Of a stretch of DNA of 18,312 nucleotides, positions 6,967 to 14,921 are shown piece after piece (the stretch's first letter is position 1; the number at the start of each line of letters is the position of its first letter). The stretch lies in NCBI GenBank assembly GCA_938045545.1, contig CALIBN010000014.1, positions 1 to 18,312 on the forward strand, in the 5' to 3' direction. This DNA is from an uncultured archaeon (GTDB lineage Archaea > Thermoproteota > EX4484-205 > JAAOZP01). The notes under the pieces were generated by a model that saw only the letters and a list, made by a program, of their open reading frames with translations, ran no database searches and was not told the origin of the DNA. Made by a program: the position numbers and the translations under genes.

Positions 6967-7788
6967 TTAAAAAGGGGATATGCCCTTGGGCAGACCAGTC
7001 ATCTCATCATACTGGAAAACCGGGCCGTCTAGACACACGTGCTTCCCCCCGAAATGACAGTGTCCACACTTTCCGATTCCACATCTCATCCTGCTTTCAA
7101 GAGAGGCGTAAATATTCTCCTTGGAGAAGCCCAGTTCAACAAGCCTCCTTAGGACGAACCTTATCATAACGGGTGGGCCGCAGGTGCAGACTATCGCCGT
7201 AGCCCTGTCTAGCTCAGGCTCTCCAAGTATCGTCGTGACGACCCCGACGTTTCCCTTCCAGCCCTCCTCGCCAACGTCAACAGTCAGGTAGAGCTTCACG
7301 CCGCGCCCAGCCCACTCGGCAAGCTCATCCCTATACATTAGCAGCGAGGGTGTTCTCGCACCGTAGCAAACAGCTATCTCACCATACTTCTCTCTTTCTT
7401 CAAGCAGGTGGAGAACAAGCGATCTCAAGGGTGCAAGGCCTATTCCACCCCCCACTATGAGAATGTCTCTACCGTTCATCGTGTCAACCGGCCAACCTCG
7501 GCCGTAGGGCCCCCTCACACCGACCTCGTCTCCAACACTGGCCTCGTGAACCATCCTAGTGACACGCCCCATCCTCCTTATGCTGAACTGTAAAAAATCC
7601 TTGTCGAAGGGGGAGGAGCATATGGAAAAAGGGGCTTCGCCAACCCCGTAGACGGTGAGCATCGCGAACTGGCCTGGCGTGAAGCCTTCGAAAACGTTTG
7701 GGCTCAGCGTAAACGTCTTAGTGTCAGGAGTCTCGTCTTTAATCCCGACTATCCTAGCCGGCTTCGGAGCATACGGGTTTAACCCCAT
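6967..7788 (-). CDS. flxA: FlxA-like FAD/NAD(P)-binding [2Fe-2S] subunit (HydG/AsrB/PyrK family)
   Basis: Motifs PGQF, PFSI, RGPYGRGW, GGGIGLAP, CGPPVM and MRCGIGKCGHC...VCLDGPVF. ATG 7788 (MGLNPY) overlaps the end of the upstream gene. Confidence 0.85.
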   Translation of the reverse strand: MGLNPYAPKPARIVGIKDETPDTKTFTLSPNVFEGFTPGQFAMLTVYGVGEAPFSICSSPFDKDFLQFSIRRMGRVTRMVHEASVGDEVGVRGPYGRGWPVDTMNGRDILIVGGGIGLAPLRSLVLHLLEEREKYGEIAVCYGARTPSLLMYRDELAEWAGRGVKLYLTVDVGEEGWKGNVGVVTTILGEPELDRATAIVCTCGPPVMIRFVLRRLVELGFSKENIYASLESRMRCGIGKCGHCHFGGKHVCLDGPVFQYDEMTGLPKGISPF

Positions 7789-8804
7789 CTTTTTAAAACC
7801 TCCCTTATGTCTACGCCGGCTGGACACAGGGAGACGCATCTACCACACCCGACGCAGCCGTAGGAGTTGAAAGCCAGCGGGATCCTGCTGAGCTTATGGC
7901 AGAACCTGTGGCAGAACATTTCGACCCTGCTTGCCCTGGGGTCCAGGCCGCTCGCCATCCTCGTGAACAATGGTGAGGCACAGGTGTCCCACCCCTTCGC
8001 CCTCATGTAAATATTCTTCTCCAAATAATCCTCGGTGTCGAAACAGTAGCAGACTGGGCAGGTGAAGGAGCAGAGGCTGCACTCCACGCACCTCTGAGCC
8101 TCCTTCTGGAAGAAGCCTTCGTCGAGCGTTTCCTCAAGCCTAACCAAGCGTTCCCTCGCTATTCCAATTCTACTGTTCATCTCCCTCGTCAACCTGCTGG
8201 AGAGTTCCCCATACTCCTCCAGATGCTCAGCGCCAGCTTTTTCAAAAAGGTTTTTGAAAACGTCTACGAGAGCCTGGCCCCTACTGCTTCTAACCTCAAC
8301 CAGGAGCCCCCCGGTTATCCGGGTAAGAGTAATGTCTTCACCGGAGCCCCTGACAGGGCCTGCTTCGAAAACATTGCAGAAACACTCCTCCCCAGGCTTG
8401 GCGCAGGAGAGGCTTACGACAGTGATGCTTCTCCTCCTAGACTCGTAGAAGGGATCCGGGTTCGGAGGCTTTAGCAGAATACTGTCCAGGATGCTTAGGG
8501 CCGACGCGTCGCAAGGCCTAACGCCTAAGAGAACCATTTCGAAGCCCCCTAGGGGCTCGTGTAGAGTCCCCTTCTTGGGATCGTGCTTGAAAACCACTTC
8601 CCTCTGTGGGAGGAAGAAACGTTTAGGGGGAAGCCTCGTGTTAGAGTAGTTTAAGGAGGCTTCTCCGGCGCGCTTAATAGTTTTGAATTCGAAGCAGCCA
8701 TCCGTCTCAACGGGAGCGATAACGTTTTTACTTGAAACAAGCTGCTCTAAGAAAATTTTAAAACCGTCTTCACTCAGAAATAGCACGCGGCTCAGCCTTT
8801 CCAA
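7779..8804 (-). CDS. flxB: FlxB-like 4Fe-4S protein (HydB/AsrA family)
   Basis: Motifs PPKRFFLP, GVRPCD, C....CFC, CVECSLCSFTCPVCYC, WDTC, HRFCHK and GCVGCGRCVSLCP. Confidence 0.82.
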   Translation of the reverse strand: MERLSRVLFLSEDGFKIFLEQLVSSKNVIAPVETDGCFEFKTIKRAGEASLNYSNTRLPPKRFFLPQREVVFKHDPKKGTLHEPLGGFEMVLLGVRPCDASALSILDSILLKPPNPDPFYESRRRSITVVSLSCAKPGEECFCNVFEAGPVRGSGEDITLTRITGGLLVEVRSSRGQALVDVFKNLFEKAGAEHLEEYGELSSRLTREMNSRIGIARERLVRLEETLDEGFFQKEAQRCVECSLCSFTCPVCYCFDTEDYLEKNIYMRAKGWDTCASPLFTRMASGLDPRASRVEMFCHRFCHKLSRIPLAFNSYGCVGCGRCVSLCPAGVDIREVLKRWG

Positions 8805-9616
8805 CCCTCCTTAAAGACCAGTGGCGGAGGAGCCTCGTTGACGCTCCTTCCCGGAGCATAGCCGTAGTTCTCCTTGAACCATTCGTTAAGCTCATGGTAG
8901 AGCCTGGTCAACGGGATTTCAACCGGGCAGGCTGATTCACAGGCGCCGCACTCGACGCAGCGCCCAGCCATGTGGAGAGCCCGGGTAAGGTGGAAAGTGA
9001 AAAGCTCCTGGGGAACTCTAAGCCTATGAACCAGATCCGGCTTAAACCCTTCTATTGAGCACTCCGTGCAGTAGCAGAGGGGGCATGCTTTGACGCACGC
9101 CATGCATTTCAAACATTTCCTGAACAGGCTCAGCCAGTCTGAAGCATCCCCGTCTGCAACCGAGTTTTCACGCTGAGAAGCCTGTCCGTCTGACTTCACA
9201 ACATAGTCTGCAATCGGCGAAACCCGTGTAACACACCTCCTACAGTAGTCCGCTAAGCGTCTCTCAGCCCTGTTTAACCCGTATTTAAAAGGTTTGAAAA
9301 CACCGTTGCACTCCACAGCTATCACAACGATGCTCCCCCTGTCCAGCTGGTTCTCCTTCAAAAGCTCGACGATGGTTTTCCCGTCGCAACCCTTGGCTAC
9401 AATACCCACCCTCCTGTCCCTCAGGCTCCTCAAGTATCTCGCAAGGTTGAACCAGCAGTCAGCGTTCCACACGAGCCTATTAGCCTCCTCGGGCTTTGAG
9501 ACGAAGCACGGCCTAACGCTTCTCCCGTGATGCTCGTAGCCCACTACAAGCTCAACCTCCTTCTTCTCAAGCAGCCTTCCAGCTATGCTTCTCAACTCTT
9601 CCTCAGCCCTGCTCAA
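8792..9616 (-). CDS. flxC: FlxC-like 4Fe-4S protein
   Basis: Motifs NLARYL, KGCD, CLKCMACVKACPLCYC..C and FHLTRALHMAGRCVECGACESACP. It sits between the MvhD-like and AsrA-like genes. Confidence 0.8.
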   Translation of the reverse strand: MSRAEEELRSIAGRLLEKKEVELVVGYEHHGRSVRPCFVSKPEEANRLVWNADCWFNLARYLRSLRDRRVGIVAKGCDGKTIVELLKENQLDRGSIVVIAVECNGVFKPFKYGLNRAERRLADYCRRCVTRVSPIADYVVKSDGQASQRENSVADGDASDWLSLFRKCLKCMACVKACPLCYCTECSIEGFKPDLVHRLRVPQELFTFHLTRALHMAGRCVECGACESACPVEIPLTRLYHELNEWFKENYGYAPGRSVNEAPPPLVFKEGWKG

Positions 9617-10025
9617 CCATTCTCCCCCCTATGTTCAAGGGGCCGAGACCCTTAACCTCCTCGAGTATTCTTGAAACCTCTCTGGAGAAGAGCCCCCCCT
9701 CGTTAGACGAGATCCAAAGTATTCTCAGCCTATCCTCGTCAACCCCGATTGTCCTCAGAAGCCTCCTGAGGAGGCTTACCCTAGCCTCCGTAACCCTGCT
9801 GGGCGCAACCCTTCTAAGCTCGCTCGGCCTGCATGCCGTCACTAAGACGGCGTCAGCACCCTTCTCGAAAGCCTTAACGATGAGGCTTGGGTTTATCACC
9901 GCGGAGCAGGGCACCCTGACCGTTAAAACGTTAGGAGGGTATGTGAAGCCTTCGAAACCCGCCTGGTCGACGCCTGAGCTTGAGCACCAGCATGTGAACA
10001 CTATTACCCTAGGCTTCCAAGCCAA
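9603..10025 (-). CDS. flxD: FlxD/MvhD-like hydrogenase iron-sulfur subunit (divergent)
   Basis: Motifs IVFTCWCS, YPPNV...RVPCS, AFEKGADAVLVTAC and G...DRLRILWIS. It lies immediately downstream of hdrA. Confidence 0.82.
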   Translation of the reverse strand: MAWKPRVIVFTCWCSSSGVDQAGFEGFTYPPNVLTVRVPCSAVINPSLIVKAFEKGADAVLVTACRPSELRRVAPSRVTEARVSLLRRLLRTIGVDEDRLRILWISSNEGGLFSREVSRILEEVKGLGPLNIGGRMVEQG

Positions 10026-10028
10026 CTC

Positions 10029-13000
10029 CTAGTCCTCCAGCATCGCCGAGACCATCGGGGCAAGCTGCTCCAGACCCCAGTTTCCAAGGGTAATCGCCTC
10101 CTGCGGGCATGCTGCCAAGCACGCTCCACACCCGTTGCAAACACTCTCGAGAACCCTAACCTTGTCACCATCCCTGACTATAGCACCGTATTCGCATGAG
10201 GCTAAGCATCTTCCGCAGCCGGTGCACTTCGCCGAGACCTGAGCGTGCTCCGGGAGCCTGGGGCTACTCCCCCTGAAGAGGCTCGTAACAAGCGCGGCTG
10301 CACCGCTCCCCTCGACTGTGCTTTCAACAATATCCCTTGGGCCGTGGCACGTGCCGGCGACAAATATCCCCCTTACCCTTGTTTCAAGCGGCTTCACCTT
10401 AGGGTGAGCCTCCTCGAGGAAGCCATGCTTATCAACGGTGATGCCCAGTCTCTCAGCGAGCTCAAGCATCCTCCTAGAAGGCTTGAAGCCTACTGCTAGA
10501 ACAACCATATCAACCTCCAGCTCGCCCCTCCTACCTGTTAAAGTATCCTCGTAGACTACTAGAAGGTTCCCGTTTCCAGTCCTCCTTATCTCAGAAGGCC
10601 TTGACCTTATGAAGACAACACCATCCTCCAGGCACCTCCTGTAGAGAAGATCCTCCCAGCCTTTCCCGAATGCTCTAAGCTCGTTGTAGAATATGAAGAC
10701 ACTGGCCTCCCTGTCATGCTCACGTATGAGCCTGGCCTCCTTCATGCTTGCGGCGCAACAATAGTACGAGCACTCCTCTATCCCGGGCCCAGACTCCCTT
10801 GATCCGACGCACTGTATGAAGGCCACTCTTTTAGCGGGCTTCCCATCCCTTCTGAGAAGAACTCCTCCAGTCGGGCCTGAGGCGCATATTATTCTCTCGA
10901 ACTCCATGTTGGTAATGACGTTCTCATACTCCCCGTAGTGGTACTCTGGTTTAAGCGTAGGGTTGAAAAGGTCTGAGCCGACTGCGACGACTATGGCTCC
11001 AACGTTCAGCTCAACAGTCTTAGGCTCGTCCTCAAGGTTTATCGCAGCCCTGGTGCAAGCTTTCATGCAGAGCCCGCATTCAACGCAGTAATCCATGTTT
11101 ATCACGTATTTCAAGGGGACGGCTTGGGCGAAAGGACAGTATATCGCCTTAACAGGCTTAAGGTCAGCGTCATACTTGTTAGGCTGGTAGACGGGGCAGA
11201 CGTTCACACACTCCCCGCAGCCGTTACACTTATCCGGGTCAACGTACGTCGGGTTAACTCTGATCCTAACCTTAAAGTCCCCAACCCCACCCTTAACCTC
11301 AACAACCTCAGCGTTAGGAATAATAGTGATGTTCCTGTTTCTCCCAGCCTCTGAGAGAAGCGGCCCTTCGATACAGTTGCTAACTACGAATGCTCCCTTC
11401 GGAATGAAACAATGCGTAGGATCCACCGTTATATCGTAAACATAGTCGTCTGTCGAAGGCACTATTCGTAATTCCTTAACTTTATCTAAGAAGAATTTTG
11501 TTTTAAGAAATTCCTGGAGCTTCAAATAATCGGGATCATTAAGATCAACAATCCTTTTAACGACTTTAAGCACGCGACGTAGGTTTTTAAGAGTAATTCT
11601 ACATTCCTGACGGGTAACTCTGGCAACGTTTGAGTGAGCAAGTGGAAAGGCTCTTAGAGGAATACGATATTTTTGCCTAAGATTTGATATCAATCTTCCA
11701 CATTCCAGAGGCATTTCATCGAACAGTCCGCCACTTGGCTTTTGAAACCTAAGACTTTTAGCAATCCTTCTTAATCTCGAGGCCTTTTTAGGATGATTAG
11801 AACCTACTTTCTTAATGAACGACAATAAGTCCTCCCCGCCTGAAATGTCAACTACTACCCTATTTCCATATTCATACACCTTGCTTAAAATTCCAAGCCT
11901 TTTCAGAAGTAGATGTAATCCATATCCGTATTCATATCCGTTTCCAATCGTGAAAGTTATCTTTGCAGTCACCCAACCGGGCTTATTAGTTAACCTCGCA
12001 TACCCGTCTCCATCAAAGAAACCTTTCAAAAATGCTGCAATCAGCCTTTCATCTAGTTTGAAAATGGTTCCCAGATCCTCTTTCACTTTTAATTTTCTGG
12101 CAACCTCATTAAGGAGCCTATTTTTAATCTGAATCACCATCCTCTTCTTCCAACCTTTCTCTGACTTTAAATAAGTAAGACAAGCAGCCCTAGCTGGAAA
12201 TATTTCTTTATAGTTCTTCAGGAACAATTTTACGAGTTGCTTGTTCGTATTATAAAATCTAATTCTTTCTGTTTCTATACATCCATCCGATGCGATCAAC
12301 CCAAGCAGATACATGAATTTTTCATCAAGAAATCGTGAGTTAAGACGAATCTTCCCGCCAGCTCCCTGATATGTAAGCGTCCGGACCTTTTCTCTAACTT
12401 CAGCCCAATTAAGGCCAATCGCTTTGCAGATCCTTTTCAACTCTCCTATCGAGAGAAAGCACTCGGCTTTTTGCAAAATATCGTATCGAATATCCAGATA
12501 TGAAGAAGCGTTTCGTAGTGTGGTAAATTTCTCCTTTAACTTATTACGGATCATTCTATTAAGTTGAATATCGGCAACTTTAAAGGAATCATCAGGTAGC
12601 AGGTCAATAATCCATTCTCTTGAAGATTTTTTTACGTCAAGCTTTCTTGGCGAGTATAGCCTGTCGCCCACTTTAAGTTGCCCACATTTAATCCAAGCAG
12701 GACCTTCTGGGGAATCTACTAGTATTTTATGATCTGGTGTGAAGCACAATTTTGCTCCAGTACTGGTTTTAACCTCGACCAGTTTTCTTGGAGAAATTAG
12801 TTTTTGGGCCGAAATTATTTTACATTGTTTTAGAGAGTGAGAGTTAAAAGAATATGTTAAAAACTCATCTTTATGCGAAGTTCTCTCCACATCTGACAAC
12901 TTGTCATATAGCTCCTTTAAGGTAATAATCGTTCCATCGTGAAGAATGATTCCTGTGCTTCCAGGCATGCAGATGGAGCAGTCGAGGGTTGGGAAAGTCT

Positions 13001-13526
13001 TGTCAAGCTGAGCCATCACACCCCCTATGCTGGGCTCCTTCTCAACAATGTAGACACGGTAGCCGGCGTCAGCAATGTCTAGCGCACACCGGACCCCCGC
13101 TATTCCACCCCCTATGACGAGCGCCTCCTTAACAATCTTCAAACCATCCACGCTGAGCGGCTCATCGCGCAGAGCCTTCTGGACAGCCCCTTTCACCAGG
13201 CGGATTGCTTTCCAGGTTGCTTCCTCCCTGTTTCCGCATGCCCAGGCGCACTGCTCCCTTATGTTTACAAACTCGGCGAGACCCTTGAAGCTCCAGGAGC
13301 TGTTGAAAACAGCTTCAAGAAGCCTGCTTGAACATGCTGCGACAACAATCCTGCATTCACCCTTTATGCCAAGTTTTTCAAAAGCGTTCTTCTCGCAGAG
13401 CCTGTCGGAGACGAGAACCCTCTCCACCAGAGGGTTTCCTGAAAAAACGCTTCTAAGCCTTTCGAAATCCATTTCCCCAAGCAGGGTCGAGTTGCAGGTG
13501 CATAGCAAGATTGTCACACGCCTCAA
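10029..13526 (-). CDS. hdrA: Heterodisulfide reductase subunit A, intein-containing precursor (1165 aa; about 633 aa mature)
   Basis: N-terminal CTC/VVAACS/NIREQC, FAD motif GGGIAG, MAQLDKTFPTLDCSI|CI, inserted ferredoxin domain, ITNMEFER, QCVGSR..CSYYCC...K and a C-terminal 2x[4Fe-4S] domain. Confidence 0.95.
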   Translation of the reverse strand: MRRVTILLCTCNSTLLGEMDFERLRSVFSGNPLVERVLVSDRLCEKNAFEKLGIKGECRIVVAACSSRLLEAVFNSSWSFKGLAEFVNIREQCAWACGNREEATWKAIRLVKGAVQKALRDEPLSVDGLKIVKEALVIGGGIAGVRCALDIADAGYRVYIVEKEPSIGGVMAQLDKTFPTLDCSICMPGSTGIILHDGTIITLKELYDKLSDVERTSHKDEFLTYSFNSHSLKQCKIISAQKLISPRKLVEVKTSTGAKLCFTPDHKILVDSPEGPAWIKCGQLKVGDRLYSPRKLDVKKSSREWIIDLLPDDSFKVADIQLNRMIRNKLKEKFTTLRNASSYLDIRYDILQKAECFLSIGELKRICKAIGLNWAEVREKVRTLTYQGAGGKIRLNSRFLDEKFMYLLGLIASDGCIETERIRFYNTNKQLVKLFLKNYKEIFPARAACLTYLKSEKGWKKRMVIQIKNRLLNEVARKLKVKEDLGTIFKLDERLIAAFLKGFFDGDGYARLTNKPGWVTAKITFTIGNGYEYGYGLHLLLKRLGILSKVYEYGNRVVVDISGGEDLLSFIKKVGSNHPKKASRLRRIAKSLRFQKPSGGLFDEMPLECGRLISNLRQKYRIPLRAFPLAHSNVARVTRQECRITLKNLRRVLKVVKRIVDLNDPDYLKLQEFLKTKFFLDKVKELRIVPSTDDYVYDITVDPTHCFIPKGAFVVSNCIEGPLLSEAGRNRNITIIPNAEVVEVKGGVGDFKVRIRVNPTYVDPDKCNGCGECVNVCPVYQPNKYDADLKPVKAIYCPFAQAVPLKYVINMDYCVECGLCMKACTRAAINLEDEPKTVELNVGAIVVAVGSDLFNPTLKPEYHYGEYENVITNMEFERIICASGPTGGVLLRRDGKPAKRVAFIQCVGSRESGPGIEECSYYCCAASMKEARLIREHDREASVFIFYNELRAFGKGWEDLLYRRCLEDGVVFIRSRPSEIRRTGNGNLLVVYEDTLTGRRGELEVDMVVLAVGFKPSRRMLELAERLGITVDKHGFLEEAHPKVKPLETRVRGIFVAGTCHGPRDIVESTVEGSGAAALVTSLFRGSSPRLPEHAQVSAKCTGCGRCLASCEYGAIVRDGDKVRVLESVCNGCGACLAACPQEAITLGNWGLEQLAPMVSAMLED
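11376..12971 (-). mobile_element. Intein with LAGLIDADG homing endonuclease in hdrA (residues 186-717, 532 aa)
   Basis: Starts CMPGST. Block B is FTPDHKIL, the endonuclease motifs are LLGLIASDG and FLKGFFDGDG, and blocks F/G read YVYDITV...FVVSN followed by Cys+1. Removing it restores FPTLDCSICIEGP. The DNA is visibly AT-richer than its flanks. Confidence 0.95.
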
Positions 13527-14272
13527 CGCTTAACCACTCTCCTAAGCAGAGCCTCCGGGAAACCTATTTGAAGCGGGTCTGAGCCCAGTGAGAAAGCTGA
13601 AAGCTGGCCGAGGTGGAGTACAGGGATTCGGCTGACTGGGCTTAGTCGAAGCATGCAGTGCGAGCACGTTGCAACAATACAGTCTGCCCCAGCCTTCTCA
13701 GCCGAGCCTGCCTTCAACCTAGCCATCTCTCCACCGACATTCTCGTCTGAAACAAACCCGCCGCAACAGTTAAGCTCACCCTCGTAGGATACGGGGAGGA
13801 AACCCAGCGCCTCGAGAACACTCTTAACCGTCTTAGGGTCCTCAGGATTATCCAAGCCCCTGCCAGCCGGCCTTAGAAAACGGCAGCTGTGTTGAACCGC
13901 GCATCGTAAACCTTTGAAGCCGAGCCGCGGCTTAACCTCCCTCAGCCTCTCCAGCAGCAAAGTCTGGAAAGGCTTCAGCCCAGGAGGCTTAACACCCTTA
14001 CTCTCGGCGATAATCCTGAAAGCGTCGCTAAGGCTTGCGAAACAGTCGTCGCACGCGGTTACCACAGTGCTGTTTAGAAGCCTCATGTTCCTCTCGTTAA
14101 GCCTGAGCCAAGCCTCCCTGCTCAGGGAGAAGAACCAGGAGGGGGCGCAGCATGACGCCTCAGGCTGCTCGCTGAACGAGACCCCTATCCTGCTCAGGGT
14201 CTCTTTAACAGCCTTCTCAACCTCAGGTTGAACAGTCCTTATAACGCAGCCCAGGTAAAGGGTTAGACTCAT
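13523..14272 (-). CDS. hdrB: Heterodisulfide reductase subunit B (two CCG domains, compact)
   Basis: YLGC..SCCAP..TACDDC and HSC..NCCGG..TCSHC provide both five-Cys sets. It lies between hdrC and hdrA with 4-bp overlaps. Confidence 0.88.
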   Translation of the reverse strand: MSLTLYLGCVIRTVQPEVEKAVKETLSRIGVSFSEQPEASCCAPSWFFSLSREAWLRLNERNMRLLNSTVVTACDDCFASLSDAFRIIAESKGVKPPGLKPFQTLLLERLREVKPRLGFKGLRCAVQHSCRFLRPAGRGLDNPEDPKTVKSVLEALGFLPVSYEGELNCCGGFVSDENVGGEMARLKAGSAEKAGADCIVATCSHCMLRLSPVSRIPVLHLGQLSAFSLGSDPLQIGFPEALLRRVVKR

Positions 14273-14715
14273 TTAAAGCCGGCCTCCCTCAGGATCCTCC
14301 GGACCTCGCTTAAACCCTGCTCGCTCAGCCCCGCCTCAGGCAGACAAAGTAGACGCCTTTTTTCACGAGACTCAGGCGTAAGCGGGAAGGCTAAACCCGT
14401 TTCCCTCACCTGCTCAACCATTTTAAGGATGCTTAAAGGAGCCTCACCCCCGTTCTCATAGAGGACTGACCTAAGAACCATTATTATGCTGAAAGGGTTA
14501 ACCGCCTGGGGGCATCTTTCAGAGCAGAGGGAGCATGTTGAGCAGAGCCACGGGTCCTGGTCTGGAAGCCTGTTGAACCTCGCTATCGAGCCGACAATCC
14601 TACGCGGGTTAAAGTCTTCACGGATTAGGGTAACTGGGCAGGCGGAGGTGCATGAGCCGCACTGCACGCATTTAAGAGGATTCCCCGCCCCCTTCTTCCT
14701 TAAGGTTTCGATCAA
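14269..14715 (-). CDS. hdrC: Heterodisulfide reductase subunit C
   Basis: Motifs CVQCGSCTSACP, FNPRRI and WLCSTCSLCSERCPQ. A GGAGG Shine-Dalgarno precedes the TTG start. Confidence 0.9.
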   Translation of the reverse strand: MIETLRKKGAGNPLKCVQCGSCTSACPVTLIREDFNPRRIVGSIARFNRLPDQDPWLCSTCSLCSERCPQAVNPFSIIMVLRSVLYENGGEAPLSILKMVEQVRETGLAFPLTPESREKRRLLCLPEAGLSEQGLSEVRRILREAGFK

Positions 14716-14739
14716 GCCTCCGTTTATGTTTTAGTCTGG

Positions 14740-14813
14740 TTTAAAGCCGGTTTTAAAGGTTTTGAAAATCATCTAGCCGTTTCTAGAGGCGGCTAGTCTC
14801 CAAGCATGCTTGG
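14740..14813 (-). promoter_or_regulatory. hdr-flx promoter region with TATA-like boxes and two palindromes
   Basis: Two TTTAAA boxes (14740-14758), the near-palindrome CTAGCCGTTTCTAGAGGCGGCTAG (14773-14796) and the perfect palindrome CCAAGCATGCTTGG (14800-14813). Confidence 0.5.
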
Positions 14814-14921
14814 CACTTAAAACCAGGCTTAATACGGGGCTTCAAATATGGTTGCAGCGATATGCCTGACGCCACCTTCACCTTTAACAGCTTCTCCCCA
14901 CGGGTGTAGAGGACCGGAAGG

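Noticed and set aside
9603-13526. Selenocysteine recoding in HdrA or MvhD, as in Methanococcales
   Set aside because: Both ORFs are open without in-frame TGA; the relevant positions are Cys or other sense codons.
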